The notes under the pieces are model-generated. The model searched no databases, had not been told where the DNA came from, and saw only the letters and a program-made list of their open reading frames with translations. Shown one piece after another: positions 45,796-55,459 of a DNA stretch of 64,000 nt (position 1 is the first letter of the stretch; each line of letters begins with the position of its first letter). Made by a program: the position numbers and the translations under genes. The stretch covers positions 53,763-117,762 of the forward strand of contig JBKQSA010000103.1 of the NCBI GenBank assembly GCA_052143815.1. The letters are read 5' to 3'. The stretch is from Steroidobacteraceae bacterium (GTDB lineage: Bacteria; Pseudomonadota; Gammaproteobacteria; Steroidobacterales; Steroidobacteraceae).

Positions 45796-47124
45796 ATGGC
45801 GAGAAATCTCACCAACAGCAATGCACATTTCAAGCGCGCCGTGAAGCGGCTGCCGTTGGGCGTTGCTTCGAATTTCCGCTACTGGGGCGACGATCGGACC
45901 ATCTATGTGAAACACGGGAAGGGTGCTCGAATCGTCGACCTGGACGACAACGTGTATGTCGACTACCGCATGGGCTATGGGCCGGCGATTTTGGGGTATG
46001 CCGACGAACGCGTCGACGCCGCGGCCCGCGAGGGTATGGAAGTGGGCGGTGTATTCGCCTTGTCGACGGAACGCGAACTGAGGGTGGCCGAGCGCATTTC
46101 CAAAATGGTGCCGGCGGCGGAACTCGTGCGCTTCTCGAATTCCGGAACCGAAGCGGTGATGGCGGGTTTGCGCCTCGCGCGTGCCTACACGGGCAAGGAC
46201 GATTACGTGATTTTGGAGGGCAGCTATCACGGCTTGTTCGATGCCGCGATGTGGTTCACGCCCATGGATAAATGGTCGCAGGTGGGCGATCCGGAAGTTA
46301 AACCGTACAGCGAAGGCGTGCCGGTCAGCACGAGGAGCTTCGCGCATTTCGTGCAGGCTAACGACGCCAATCAGCTGGAGGACGTATTCAAGCGCCATGC
46401 GCAACGCATCGCGTGTTTGTTGATCGAGCCGATCATGGGCAACTGTCTCGGCATCGCGGCCGAGCCGGAGTATCTGCGCGCCGCGCGCGAGCTATGCGAC
46501 AAGCACGATGTGGTGTTGCTCATCGACGAAGTCAAAACCGGGTTCCGCGTGGCGCGCGGCGGCGTCCAGGAGCTGTATAACATCACAGCCGATTTGTGCA
46601 CGTTCGCGAAGGCGCTTGGGAACGGTTATCCCATTTCCGTGCTTGCAGGCCGCGAAGAGATCATGCGCAAGATCGGTCGTGGTGTCGCGCACGGCGGCAC
46701 CTACACGGCGCACTCCGTGTCTCTGGCCGCCGCCGAGAAGTGTCTCGAGATTCTCGACGAAACGGACGCCCTGGAACGGGTCGCCGCTTACGGCACGAAT
46801 CTGCGCAATGGCATGCGCGCGATATTGGCAGCGCGGGGAATCGCGCACAGCTTCGTCGGCCATCCATCGATGAGCGGTCTGTATTTCGCCCATGAGCCGC
46901 CGCGCAATTATCGCGCGTGGAAGAGCAGCGACTACTCGTTCTATGATGCGATGGCTCAGGTGTTGCACGACGAAGGCATCTTGTGCGAACCCGACTCGCG
47001 CGAACCGTGGTTCGTTTCCGCCGCGCACGACGCAGCATGTCTTGCCGATACGCTGAAGGGATTCGAGATTGCGGTGGATGCCACACTGCAGTCGAGCGGC
47101 GCGACGCATAAAGTGCCTGCTTGA
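45796..47124 (+). CDS. Class III aminotransferase, HemL (GSA aminomutase)-like subgroup
   Basis: RFSNSGTEAVMAGLRLARAYTGKDDYVILEGSYHG, LLIDEVKTGFRVARGG and TFAKALGNGYP. The ATG at 45796 follows AAGGGGA. Confidence 0.85.
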   Translation: MARNLTNSNAHFKRAVKRLPLGVASNFRYWGDDRTIYVKHGKGARIVDLDDNVYVDYRMGYGPAILGYADERVDAAAREGMEVGGVFALSTERELRVAERISKMVPAAELVRFSNSGTEAVMAGLRLARAYTGKDDYVILEGSYHGLFDAAMWFTPMDKWSQVGDPEVKPYSEGVPVSTRSFAHFVQANDANQLEDVFKRHAQRIACLLIEPIMGNCLGIAAEPEYLRAARELCDKHDVVLLIDEVKTGFRVARGGVQELYNITADLCTFAKALGNGYPISVLAGREEIMRKIGRGVAHGGTYTAHSVSLAAAEKCLEILDETDALERVAAYGTNLRNGMRAILAARGIAHSFVGHPSMSGLYFAHEPPRNYRAWKSSDYSFYDAMAQVLHDEGILCEPDSREPWFVSAAHDAACLADTLKGFEIAVDATLQSSGATHKVPA

Positions 47125-48749
47125 GCGCCGAACCGGCAGGATCGGCTGCGGTGGGTCATCCTAAGGACCTCGACGCCATCATTGTCGGGGCGGGTCACAA
47201 CGGGTTGGTGGCGGCGTGCTATCTGGCGCGCGCTGGATTGAAGGTGCTGGTGCTGGAACGCAACCCCTTCATCGGCGGCGCAGCGGTCAGCCGCAAGCTC
47301 TACAAGGACTTTACGTACTCGAATTGTTCCTACGTGTGCAGCCTGCTGCGCCCGGAAATCATGCGCACCTTGGAATTGCCCAAATTCGGGCTGCAGATCA
47401 TTCCGTATGAAGGCGGCTGCACCATGATGCAGGGCGGCGGGCATCTGGCCCTTTACGACAACCACGATGCGTTGCGCCGGGAGATTTCGCGGCATTCCAA
47501 GCGCGATGCGGAGGCGTACGACCGGTACTCGAGGGACGTAATGCGTCAGTGCAAGTTCATCAAGCCGCTGCTGATGCGCGAGCCGCCCGATCCCGCCTCG
47601 TTCAAACCGCGCGATATCCAGGAACTTCTGTATCTCGGCAAGCGCTTTCATGGCCTGGGCGAGGAGCGCATGTACGACACGCTGCGCTTCTGGACCATGA
47701 GCGCCGCCGATTTTCTCGACGAATACTTCGAAAGCGAAATCGTCAAAGCGCATTTTGCGGGCAGTTCCATCATCGGCACGGCGTTGGGGCCGCGCTCGCC
47801 GGGGACCGCGTATGTCTTGCTGCATCATTATATGGGCGATATCGACGATACCGTCGGCGCCTGGGGGTTCGCGCGCGGCGGTATGGGCGCGATCAGCAAT
47901 GCGTTGGGGGCGTCCTTCCTGGCGAGCGGCGGCGCCATTCGCAGCGCCGCTCCGGTGACGCAGATTCTGGTGAAGAGCGGTCGGGCCGCCGGAATCGTAT
48001 TGGAGGACGGCGAGGAGATTCGCGCACCGCTGGTGATATCGAACCTGGATGTGCGTCGCACGTTTCTGAAGACCATGGACGCGAAGGACTTGCCCGATGA
48101 GTTCTTGAAGCAGGTCAAGAATTTCAAGATTCGGGGGTCGTCCGGCAAGCTCAATATTGCGCTCGACGGTTTGCCGCGCTTCCCGGCCATACCGGAAGGC
48201 AGCCCAAGCACCCGCGGCGACATGCATGTCACCGACACCATCGAAATGATGGAGCGTGCATACGACGACTGGAAAGAGGGCCGTTGGTCGCGGGCGCCAT
48301 ATATCGATATGTTGATTCCATCGCAGATCGATCCCAGCATGGTGCCGAACGGCAAGCACTACATGTCGGTGTTCGTGCAGTACTGTCCTTATGAACTGGC
48401 CGATGGCGAATGGACTGCCGCCAAACGGCAGGCATTCGGCGAAACCGTCATCAACACCATCGCGCGTCACAGTCCCAACTTCAAGGATCTGATTCTGCAC
48501 GCCGAGATCCGCACGCCCTGGGATATTGAAAACGAAGTCGGACTCACCGAGGGCAACATCTTTCAGGGGGAGTTGACCATGGATCAGTTGTTGTTCAATC
48601 GCCCGGTGCCGGGCTACGCGCAATATCGATCACCGGTGCGCGGCGTTTACATGTGCGGGTCCAGCACGCATCCCGGTGGCGGCGTGATGGGTGCGCCGGG
48701 CGCCAATGCCGCCCGTGCCGTGCTCAAAGATCTAGGGAAGGCGCACTGA
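47121..48749 (+). CDS. FAD-dependent oxidoreductase, phytoene-desaturase/amine-oxidase (CrtI-like) superfamily, copy 1
   Basis: DAIIVGAGHNGLVAACYLARAGLKVLVLERNPFIGGAA dinucleotide-binding motif and C-terminal GVYMCGSSTHPGGGVMGAPG. TTGA overlap with the upstream gene. Confidence 0.8.
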   Translation: MSAEPAGSAAVGHPKDLDAIIVGAGHNGLVAACYLARAGLKVLVLERNPFIGGAAVSRKLYKDFTYSNCSYVCSLLRPEIMRTLELPKFGLQIIPYEGGCTMMQGGGHLALYDNHDALRREISRHSKRDAEAYDRYSRDVMRQCKFIKPLLMREPPDPASFKPRDIQELLYLGKRFHGLGEERMYDTLRFWTMSAADFLDEYFESEIVKAHFAGSSIIGTALGPRSPGTAYVLLHHYMGDIDDTVGAWGFARGGMGAISNALGASFLASGGAIRSAAPVTQILVKSGRAAGIVLEDGEEIRAPLVISNLDVRRTFLKTMDAKDLPDEFLKQVKNFKIRGSSGKLNIALDGLPRFPAIPEGSPSTRGDMHVTDTIEMMERAYDDWKEGRWSRAPYIDMLIPSQIDPSMVPNGKHYMSVFVQYCPYELADGEWTAAKRQAFGETVINTIARHSPNFKDLILHAEIRTPWDIENEVGLTEGNIFQGELTMDQLLFNRPVPGYAQYRSPVRGVYMCGSSTHPGGGVMGAPGANAARAVLKDLGKAH

Positions 48750-48750
48750 C

Positions 48751-50319
48751 ATGGCGCCGCGACGCGCGCCACCGCGCTATGACTGCATCGTAATCGGCGG
48801 CGGTCATAACGGCTTGGTCTGCGCCGCCACCTTGGCGCGCGGCGGGCGTTCGGTGCTCGTACTGGAGGCGCAGTCGCACGTCGGCGGAGCGTCCTCGACA
48901 CGAGAATTCGCGCCGGGATTTCAGGTGTCGGCCTGCGCGCATCTGTTGCATCTCATGCCCGCCGAACTGATCCGTGAACTCAAGTTGGAATCCCATGGCC
49001 TCAAATGGTCCGCGCAGAGCATGCCGACCACGGCCTTGCTTGCCGGCGGCTCGCCGTTGGCCGTGAATCGATCCGGTTTGTCGGGTTCGGATGCCGCGGC
49101 TTATGCGGTGTATTACGCGCGCATGCGGCGCTTCGCCCAGGCGCTGGCGCCGCTCCTCGGCAAGGTGCCCCCGCGATTGGGCACTGCCGATTGGTCCGAT
49201 CGTTGGGCACTGCTCGGCTTGGGTTGGCAGATCCGCAGGCTCGGTCGGCGCGACATGCGCGAGTTGCTGCGGATCGGCGGGATGAACGTCTTCGATTTGC
49301 TCGAGGAGAACTTCGAGTCCGATATTCTCAAGGGCGCACTGGGGTTCGACGCCGTGCTCGGCACGAATTTCGGTCCGCGTTCTCCGGGAACGGTGCTGAC
49401 CCTGCTGTACCGTCTGGCTGCCGAATTCGCGGGCGGTCCCACCACTTTGTCGCAACCGGCCGGCGGCTTGGGCGCATTGTGCGATGCTCTGGCGAAGTCG
49501 GCGGCCCACGCAGGCGCGGAAATCCGCACCGCTTCGCCGGTGGCGCGCATTCTGGTCGAAGCGGATCGGGCGGTGGGAGTGGAACTCGTGTCCGGCGAAC
49601 GCATCGCGGCCGCAGCGGTGGCGTCGAGCGCCGACCCCAAGACCACGTTCCTGAAGCTGCTCGGCACGCGGCACCTGGACACCGGCTTCGTGCGCCGCGT
49701 GCAGCATTTTCGCGCGAAAGGGCTGGCCGCCAAGCTGCATCTTGCGTTGGACCGCGCGCCGCAATTCGCCGGCGTCGATGCCGCAGCCTCGAGTGGCCGG
49801 TTGCTGCTGGCCCCTTCGTTGCACTATCTCGAGCAGGCTTACAATCACGCCAAATACGGGGAGTATTCGTCCGCTCCCGCCCTTGAAGTCACCGTTCCCA
49901 CGATCAACGACCCTGGGCTGGCGCCGCCCGGCAAGCACGTGCTGTCCGCCATCGTGCAATACGCGCCTTATGCGCTCAAGGCCGGCTGGCAAAGCCAGCG
50001 GGAGCGATTCACGGAGCTGTGCATCGATACGTTGGAGAGCGTGGCGCCAGGCCTGCGCGGCAGCGTGCTCAAAGCGGAATTGCTGACGCCGGTGGACATC
50101 GAACAAGAACACGGCATCGACGGCGGCCACTGGCATCATGGCGAATTGGCGTTCGATCAATTCTTCATGGTTCGTCCGGTTCCGGGAGCCGCGCAACATC
50201 GCACGCCGCTGCCGGGCTTGTACTTGTGCGGAGCCGGCTGCCACCCGGGAGGCGGAGTCATGGGTACGGCGGGCCGCAATGCCGCGCATCAGCTCATGAA
50301 ACCGGGTGCCGCCCCATGA
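48751..50319 (+). CDS. FAD-dependent oxidoreductase, CrtI-like superfamily, copy 2 (paralogue)
   Basis: YDCIVIGGGHNGLVCAATLARGGRSVLVLEAQSHVGGAS and GLYLCGAGCHPGGGVMGTAG. Starts 1 nt after the previous stop. Confidence 0.8.
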   Translation: MAPRRAPPRYDCIVIGGGHNGLVCAATLARGGRSVLVLEAQSHVGGASSTREFAPGFQVSACAHLLHLMPAELIRELKLESHGLKWSAQSMPTTALLAGGSPLAVNRSGLSGSDAAAYAVYYARMRRFAQALAPLLGKVPPRLGTADWSDRWALLGLGWQIRRLGRRDMRELLRIGGMNVFDLLEENFESDILKGALGFDAVLGTNFGPRSPGTVLTLLYRLAAEFAGGPTTLSQPAGGLGALCDALAKSAAHAGAEIRTASPVARILVEADRAVGVELVSGERIAAAAVASSADPKTTFLKLLGTRHLDTGFVRRVQHFRAKGLAAKLHLALDRAPQFAGVDAAASSGRLLLAPSLHYLEQAYNHAKYGEYSSAPALEVTVPTINDPGLAPPGKHVLSAIVQYAPYALKAGWQSQRERFTELCIDTLESVAPGLRGSVLKAELLTPVDIEQEHGIDGGHWHHGELAFDQFFMVRPVPGAAQHRTPLPGLYLCGAGCHPGGGVMGTAGRNAAHQLMKPGAAP

Positions 50320-51524
50320 CGTCTGCGAAAACGCTCGCGCCCCACTTCAAGCAACCGCTGCTCGAAACTCCGTTTCACGCCCGGGCCAGGGCCTTGAGTC
50401 AAGTCGACAGCTTCGTCGCGTGGGCCGGCTACACGACCGTCGATGTCTTCACGTCGGTCGAGCAGGAATACTTCGCGATTCGCAATGCGACGACGCTCTA
50501 CGATTTGACGCCGATGGTGAAGTATCGAATCGCCGGCCCGGACGCCGTGCCGTACTTGAACCGCTTGGTGACGCGCGATCTTGCGAAGCTCAAACCCGAT
50601 CGCGTCGCGTACTGCGTCTGGTGCAACGATGCCGGTCGCCTGATCGATGACGGCACCGTGTTCCGGCTGGGGGAGGCTGAATTCCGCCTCTGTACCGCCG
50701 AACGGCAGATCGACTGGTTGCTGGATTCCGCCATCGGTTTCGATGTAAAAATCGCTGAAGTCACCGAGGACATTGCGGCGCTCGCGGTGCAAGGGCCCAC
50801 TTCCTGTGCCGTCTTGACGGCAGCCGGCCTGGCCGGAATCGACCGGTTGAAACCCTTCGAGATCGGCTATTTCAACGTCGACGGGCGACCACTCACCGCA
50901 TCGCGTACCGGTTTCACCGGCGACCTCGGCTATGAGTTGTGGATGGCGCCGCAGGACGCGGAAGCGGTATGGGATGCCTTGATGGCGGCGGGGCGCTCGC
51001 GGGGTATTCGCGCAATCGGCTCGCAGGCACTCAACATTGCGCGACTCGAGGCGGGGTTTCTGAGTCCGAATGTGGATTTCATATCCGCGGAACATACCAT
51101 TCGCCCCGGCCGAGATCGCTCGCCGTTGGAATTGGGTCTTGCGTGGCTGGTCGATTTCGACAAGGGACATTTCAACGGCCGTCGCGCGCTCCTGGCAGAA
51201 CGTCGGCGCGGCCCGCGCCGACAGCTCGTCGGATTGGACATTGCGGGCAACAAGCCCGCCCACAATGCCCTCTTATATGCCGAGGCCAACGGTAAGCGCG
51301 AAATCGGCAGCGTCAGTTCGGCGGCGTGGTCGCCGACTTGCAAGCGCAACATTGCCCTTGCTATGGTCGAGGCATCGCACGTCCGGATAGGATCGACGGT
51401 CTGGGCGGAAATCTATCTTAACCGTGAACTCGTGTGGGAGCGCCGTATGTCGCGTGCCGTGGTGGTGGAGCGTCCGTTTTTCGCGCCGAGCCGACGCCGC
51501 GCAACCCCACCGACCGAGTTTTAG
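50316..51524 (+). CDS. Aminomethyltransferase (GcvT/DmdA)-family folate-binding protein
   Basis: LYDLTPMVKYRIAGPDAVPYLNRLVTRDL, AALAVQGP, SRTGFTGDLGYELW and EAGF. ATGA overlap with the upstream gene. Confidence 0.85.
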   Translation: MTSAKTLAPHFKQPLLETPFHARARALSQVDSFVAWAGYTTVDVFTSVEQEYFAIRNATTLYDLTPMVKYRIAGPDAVPYLNRLVTRDLAKLKPDRVAYCVWCNDAGRLIDDGTVFRLGEAEFRLCTAERQIDWLLDSAIGFDVKIAEVTEDIAALAVQGPTSCAVLTAAGLAGIDRLKPFEIGYFNVDGRPLTASRTGFTGDLGYELWMAPQDAEAVWDALMAAGRSRGIRAIGSQALNIARLEAGFLSPNVDFISAEHTIRPGRDRSPLELGLAWLVDFDKGHFNGRRALLAERRRGPRRQLVGLDIAGNKPAHNALLYAEANGKREIGSVSSAAWSPTCKRNIALAMVEASHVRIGSTVWAEIYLNRELVWERRMSRAVVVERPFFAPSRRRATPPTEF

Positions 51525-51535
51525 GCTCCTAGCGC

Positions 51536-52681
51536 GTGGTGTCGACGCAGCAGAAATCGATCGCCGACCGACCCTGGCTCGATCCCGACGCCAGACCGCA
51601 GATCGTCATCGAAAGCATCGACAAGACGTTCGGCGCATTCACCGCCGTCGACAGCGTCAACTTGAGAATCTACAAGGGCGAGATGTTTGCCCTGGTCGGT
51701 GCCTCCGGGTGCGGTAAAACAACGTTGCTCCGCATGCTTGCTGGGTTCGCCACCCCCACCGGCGGGCGGATCATGATCGATGACGTGGACATGACCACGG
51801 TCCCGCCGCATGAGCGCCCGGTCAACATGATGTTCCAGTCTTATGCTTTGTTCCCGCACATGACGGTCGAGCAGAACGTGGGCTACGGCTTGCGCCGCAT
51901 GTCGCTCGAGGCCCCCGTCAGGAACAAGCGCATCCAAGATGCGCTGGAGATGGTGCAACTGGGGGCCTTGGCAAAGCGTAAACCACATCAACTCTCCGGC
52001 GGACAACGGCAGCGCGTCGCGCTGGCGCGTGCGCTCATTCGCCGGCCGAAGGTGCTGTTGCTGGACGAGCCGTTAAGTGCTTTGGATAAGAAATTGCGGG
52101 AGCAAACGCAATTCGAGCTCATGAATATTCAGTATCAGGTTGGCATCACGTTTGTTTTCGTTACCCATGACCAAGACGAGGCCATGGCGCTGTCCACGCG
52201 CATCGCCGTGATGAACCGGGGCCAGGTCTTGCAGGTGGGCACGCCGTCCGAAATCTATGAATTTCCGCAGAGCCGATTCGTCGCCGATTTCATCGGCACC
52301 ACCAATCTCTTCGAAGGCACGGTGAGCGGCAGCGAGCGAGGGGCTATCACCGTGCGCAGCGCGGAGGCCGGTTGCGACCTGGTCGTCGATGAGCTTGGAC
52401 GTTTCGGCAGCGGTCAGCGTGTGTGGGTTGCCTTGCGCCCGGAGAAGATACGCCTGAGCAAGCAGCCGGTCGACGGCAGCGGCATGAATCAGATGAAGGG
52501 CGTCGTGTGGGAGTTGGGTTATCTCGGCAATCGCTCCACCTACCGCATCAAGACGGAGACCGGCAAATTGGTTACGGTGTTCGCTCAAAACGACCGCCGC
52601 ACTTCCGAGTGGTCGATCGATTGGAGCGATGAGGTCTATCTCAGTTGGTCCGCCAACGGCGCCGTCATTTTGCAGCAGTGA
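51536..52681 (+). CDS. potG: Polyamine ABC transporter ATPase PotG/PotA-like
   Basis: GASGCGKTTLLRMLAGF, LSGGQRQRVALARAL and LLLDEP, followed by a C-terminal regulatory (TOBE-like) domain. Confidence 0.9.
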   Translation: MVSTQQKSIADRPWLDPDARPQIVIESIDKTFGAFTAVDSVNLRIYKGEMFALVGASGCGKTTLLRMLAGFATPTGGRIMIDDVDMTTVPPHERPVNMMFQSYALFPHMTVEQNVGYGLRRMSLEAPVRNKRIQDALEMVQLGALAKRKPHQLSGGQRQRVALARALIRRPKVLLLDEPLSALDKKLREQTQFELMNIQYQVGITFVFVTHDQDEAMALSTRIAVMNRGQVLQVGTPSEIYEFPQSRFVADFIGTTNLFEGTVSGSERGAITVRSAEAGCDLVVDELGRFGSGQRVWVALRPEKIRLSKQPVDGSGMNQMKGVVWELGYLGNRSTYRIKTETGKLVTVFAQNDRRTSEWSIDWSDEVYLSWSANGAVILQQ

Positions 52682-52688
52682 GCATCCA

Positions 52689-53861
52689 ATGGACAAAATG
52701 CTGACATCCCCGGCGGCCGGCAGCGGCCCTGCGCTGGTGTTCTACGGCCTTCGGTTGTTGCTCGCGGTGTGGCTCAGCGCGGCGGCGGCGTCACCGCGGG
52801 TATCGACTGCGGCTCCGCTGCCGCCTCACAAAACCCGGACGGTGGTGCTGATCGTCAGCGACGGGTTGCGTTGGCAGGAGATCTTCACGGGAGCCGAAGA
52901 GGATTTGCTCAACGACAAGGCGGGCGGCAGCTGGGTCGGGGCGGAGGATTTGCGCAAACGCTATTGGCGGCAGAGCGCCACGGAGCGACGCGCACTGCTG
53001 TTTCCGTTCTTGTGGGGAACCGTCGCAAAGGGCGGGCAGATCTACGGCAACCAAGCCGTGGGCAGCGTGGCGCACGTGACCAACGGCAAGGCGTTTTCGT
53101 ATCCCGGGTACAACGAAATGAGCACCGGTTATCCCAACGACGCCATCGACAGCAACGAATTCGGACCCAATCCTAATCCGACGGTGTTCGAGTGGTTGAA
53201 CAAGTACGATGAATTGCGCGGCCGTGTCGCCATCTATGGCACCTGGAACGTGTACGACAATATTTTCAACAAGAGCCGCAGCGGCCTCGTTATGCAAACC
53301 GGGTGGACGCTGGCAAGGAAGCAGCACGAGACGGCCCGCGACGCCCTGCTGCGCGAACTGTTCGCGACCACCACCGAGTTCGACGAAGAGGATTGCCCGA
53401 ATTCGCTGCTCCAGATTCCGCTGGTCGACTATGTGAAATCCGGTAAACCGCGCGTGCTGTTCGTGGGATATGGCGAGACCGACAACTGGGCGCATCAGGG
53501 GCGCTACGATCTGGTCCTGGACAGCGCCCACCGCTTCGACCACTTTGTCGCACAGCTTTGGGACACCATGCAGGCCATGCCCGCCTACCGCGGCACCACG
53601 ACGTTCATCATCACCACGGATCATGGCCGGGGCAGCGGCCTTACCGAGTGGAAGGAGCACGGGGTAGAAGAGAAGGGCTCAGAGAACATTTGGCTCGCCG
53701 TGATCGGCCCCGACACCGCCGCCCTCGGGGAACGTTCCAAGGTGGCGCCGGTGACTCAGGCCCAGATCGCGGCCACCCTGGCGGCTTTCGTCGGCAAGGA
53801 TTATCACGCGGCCGTTCCCCGGGCGGCGGAGCCCATCGCGGCGGTGCTGTCGGCGCAGTAG
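52689..53861 (+). CDS. Secreted alkaline-phosphatase-superfamily (NPP/phosphodiesterase-like) protein
   Basis: Signal peptide, VVLIVSDGLRWQEIF, SYPGYNEMSTGYPND, GETDNWAH and IITTDHGRG. The family call is by eye only. Confidence 0.55.
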   Translation: MDKMLTSPAAGSGPALVFYGLRLLLAVWLSAAAASPRVSTAAPLPPHKTRTVVLIVSDGLRWQEIFTGAEEDLLNDKAGGSWVGAEDLRKRYWRQSATERRALLFPFLWGTVAKGGQIYGNQAVGSVAHVTNGKAFSYPGYNEMSTGYPNDAIDSNEFGPNPNPTVFEWLNKYDELRGRVAIYGTWNVYDNIFNKSRSGLVMQTGWTLARKQHETARDALLRELFATTTEFDEEDCPNSLLQIPLVDYVKSGKPRVLFVGYGETDNWAHQGRYDLVLDSAHRFDHFVAQLWDTMQAMPAYRGTTTFIITTDHGRGSGLTEWKEHGVEEKGSENIWLAVIGPDTAALGERSKVAPVTQAQIAATLAAFVGKDYHAAVPRAAEPIAAVLSAQ

Positions 53862-53964
53862 CCGATGCCGGCGGCCGCGCAGCGTTGCCCGCGCAGCGTC
53901 GCTTGCCGCGTTTTTTATATTATACTCGTAACATTACAAAGACCGTTGCGCCTGCGAGGATGTC

Positions 53965-55452
53965 ATGAGGAATGTCAGAACACTTGGCCTTTTGGGAACC
54001 GGAGTCATCGGCGGCGGCTGGGCAGCTCGGGCGATGCATTTCGGCATCGACGTCATTGCCGCCGATGTGAAGCCGGAAATGGAGACATGGATACGCGACG
54101 CGGTTGCGAATGCCGAGCCGGCGCTGGCGCGATTGACGTTTGCACCGTTGCCCCCCAAAGGCAAGCTGTCGTTCACGACGGATCTGCGCGTCATGGCGCA
54201 GCAAGCGGATTTCATTCAGGAGAACATTCCGGAGCAACTGCCGCTGAAACAGCGCATGTTGGCGGAAGTCAGCCGTTTCGCGGGCGCCGATGTCATCATT
54301 GCGTCCAGCACGTCGGGACTCACGCCCACCGATCTGCAGCGCGACATGGTGGCGCCCGAGCGTTTCCTGGTGGCGCACCCGTTCAACCCCGTGTACCTCC
54401 TGCCGTTGGTCGAATTGGTGGGCGGCGAAAAGACCGCCCCGGCCACCATCGAGGCAGCCGTGCAGTTCTTCACCTACATCGGGATGCACGCGCTCAAGGT
54501 GCGGCGGGAAGTGCCGGGCCATTTGACCGACCGCCTGCAGGAGGCCATTTGGCGCGAGATCCTGCATATGGTGAACGAGGGCGTGGCGACCACCGGTGAA
54601 TTGGACGATTCCATCGTCTACGGTCCCGGCCTGCGCTGGGCCGCGATGGGCACCAATATGATTTATCATCTCGCCGGCGGCGAGTCGGGGATGCGGCACA
54701 TGCTGGCGCAATTCGGCCCGGCATTGAAATGGCCTTGGACCAAACTCGAAGCGCCTGAATTGACCGAAAGCCTGATCGATAAGATGGTCGAGGGAACTCA
54801 GCGCCAAGCGGCGGGCCGTTCGATCCGGGAATTGGAACGGCTGCGCGACGATTACTTGGTGGCAATACAGCAGGTGCTCAGACAGTACGACATCGGCGCC
54901 GGTTCGACGCTGCGCGCGCTGGAGGAGCGGCTGTATCGGGACGCCAGTGCTGCCGCGGTTCCGAGTTCGGCGTCTGAGTCGGGCGGGTTGCCGCGATTCG
55001 ACGCGGTGGTCCGGCCGGAGTGGGCGGATTACAACAATCACATGTCCGATTTTCAGTATGTGCACCTCTTCGGCGATGCAATGGATGCGCTGTACCGGCA
55101 GGTCGGAATCGACGACGCGTATCGGAAGTCCGGCTGCATGTTCTACACCGCCGAAAGTCACGTCAAACACCTCAAGGAGGCCAAAGTCGGTGAGCCCGTG
55201 CACGTCACCACGCAAATCTTGAGCGTGGATGACAAGCGGCTGCATGTCTTTCACCGGCTGCATCGCGGCCGCGACGGTGCATTGATCGCCACGGGTGAAC
55301 AGATGCATCTTCACGTCGACACCGCCGCGACGAAGGCGGCGCCGATGAGCGCCGCGCTTCGCGGCAAGCTCGATTCGCTGCGTCGGGCGCATGTTGCGCT
55401 GCCCGTGCCGAGCGCAGCCGGCAAGCCGGTGGGCAGCCGAGTGAAGCACTGA
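53965..55452 (+). CDS. lcdH: L-carnitine dehydrogenase fused to a C-terminal hotdog thioesterase domain
   Basis: LGLLGTGVIGGGWAARAMHFGIDVIAADV (NAD-binding, LcdH-like). The C-terminal RPEWADYNNHMSDFQYVHLFGDAMD... is paralogous to the stand-alone thioesterase at 61467..61967. Confidence 0.85.
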   Translation: MRNVRTLGLLGTGVIGGGWAARAMHFGIDVIAADVKPEMETWIRDAVANAEPALARLTFAPLPPKGKLSFTTDLRVMAQQADFIQENIPEQLPLKQRMLAEVSRFAGADVIIASSTSGLTPTDLQRDMVAPERFLVAHPFNPVYLLPLVELVGGEKTAPATIEAAVQFFTYIGMHALKVRREVPGHLTDRLQEAIWREILHMVNEGVATTGELDDSIVYGPGLRWAAMGTNMIYHLAGGESGMRHMLAQFGPALKWPWTKLEAPELTESLIDKMVEGTQRQAAGRSIRELERLRDDYLVAIQQVLRQYDIGAGSTLRALEERLYRDASAAAVPSSASESGGLPRFDAVVRPEWADYNNHMSDFQYVHLFGDAMDALYRQVGIDDAYRKSGCMFYTAESHVKHLKEAKVGEPVHVTTQILSVDDKRLHVFHRLHRGRDGALIATGEQMHLHVDTAATKAAPMSAALRGKLDSLRRAHVALPVPSAAGKPVGSRVKH

Positions 55453-55459
55453 GCTCATC

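Noticed and set aside
46956-50289. Two very long minus-strand ORFs (46956..48623, 555 aa; 48724..50289, 521 aa)
   Set aside because: They mirror the two CrtI-like flavoprotein genes on the plus strand, which carry strong FAD-binding motifs. The antisense products are low-complexity and Arg/His/Gln-rich, so I treat them as shadow ORFs.
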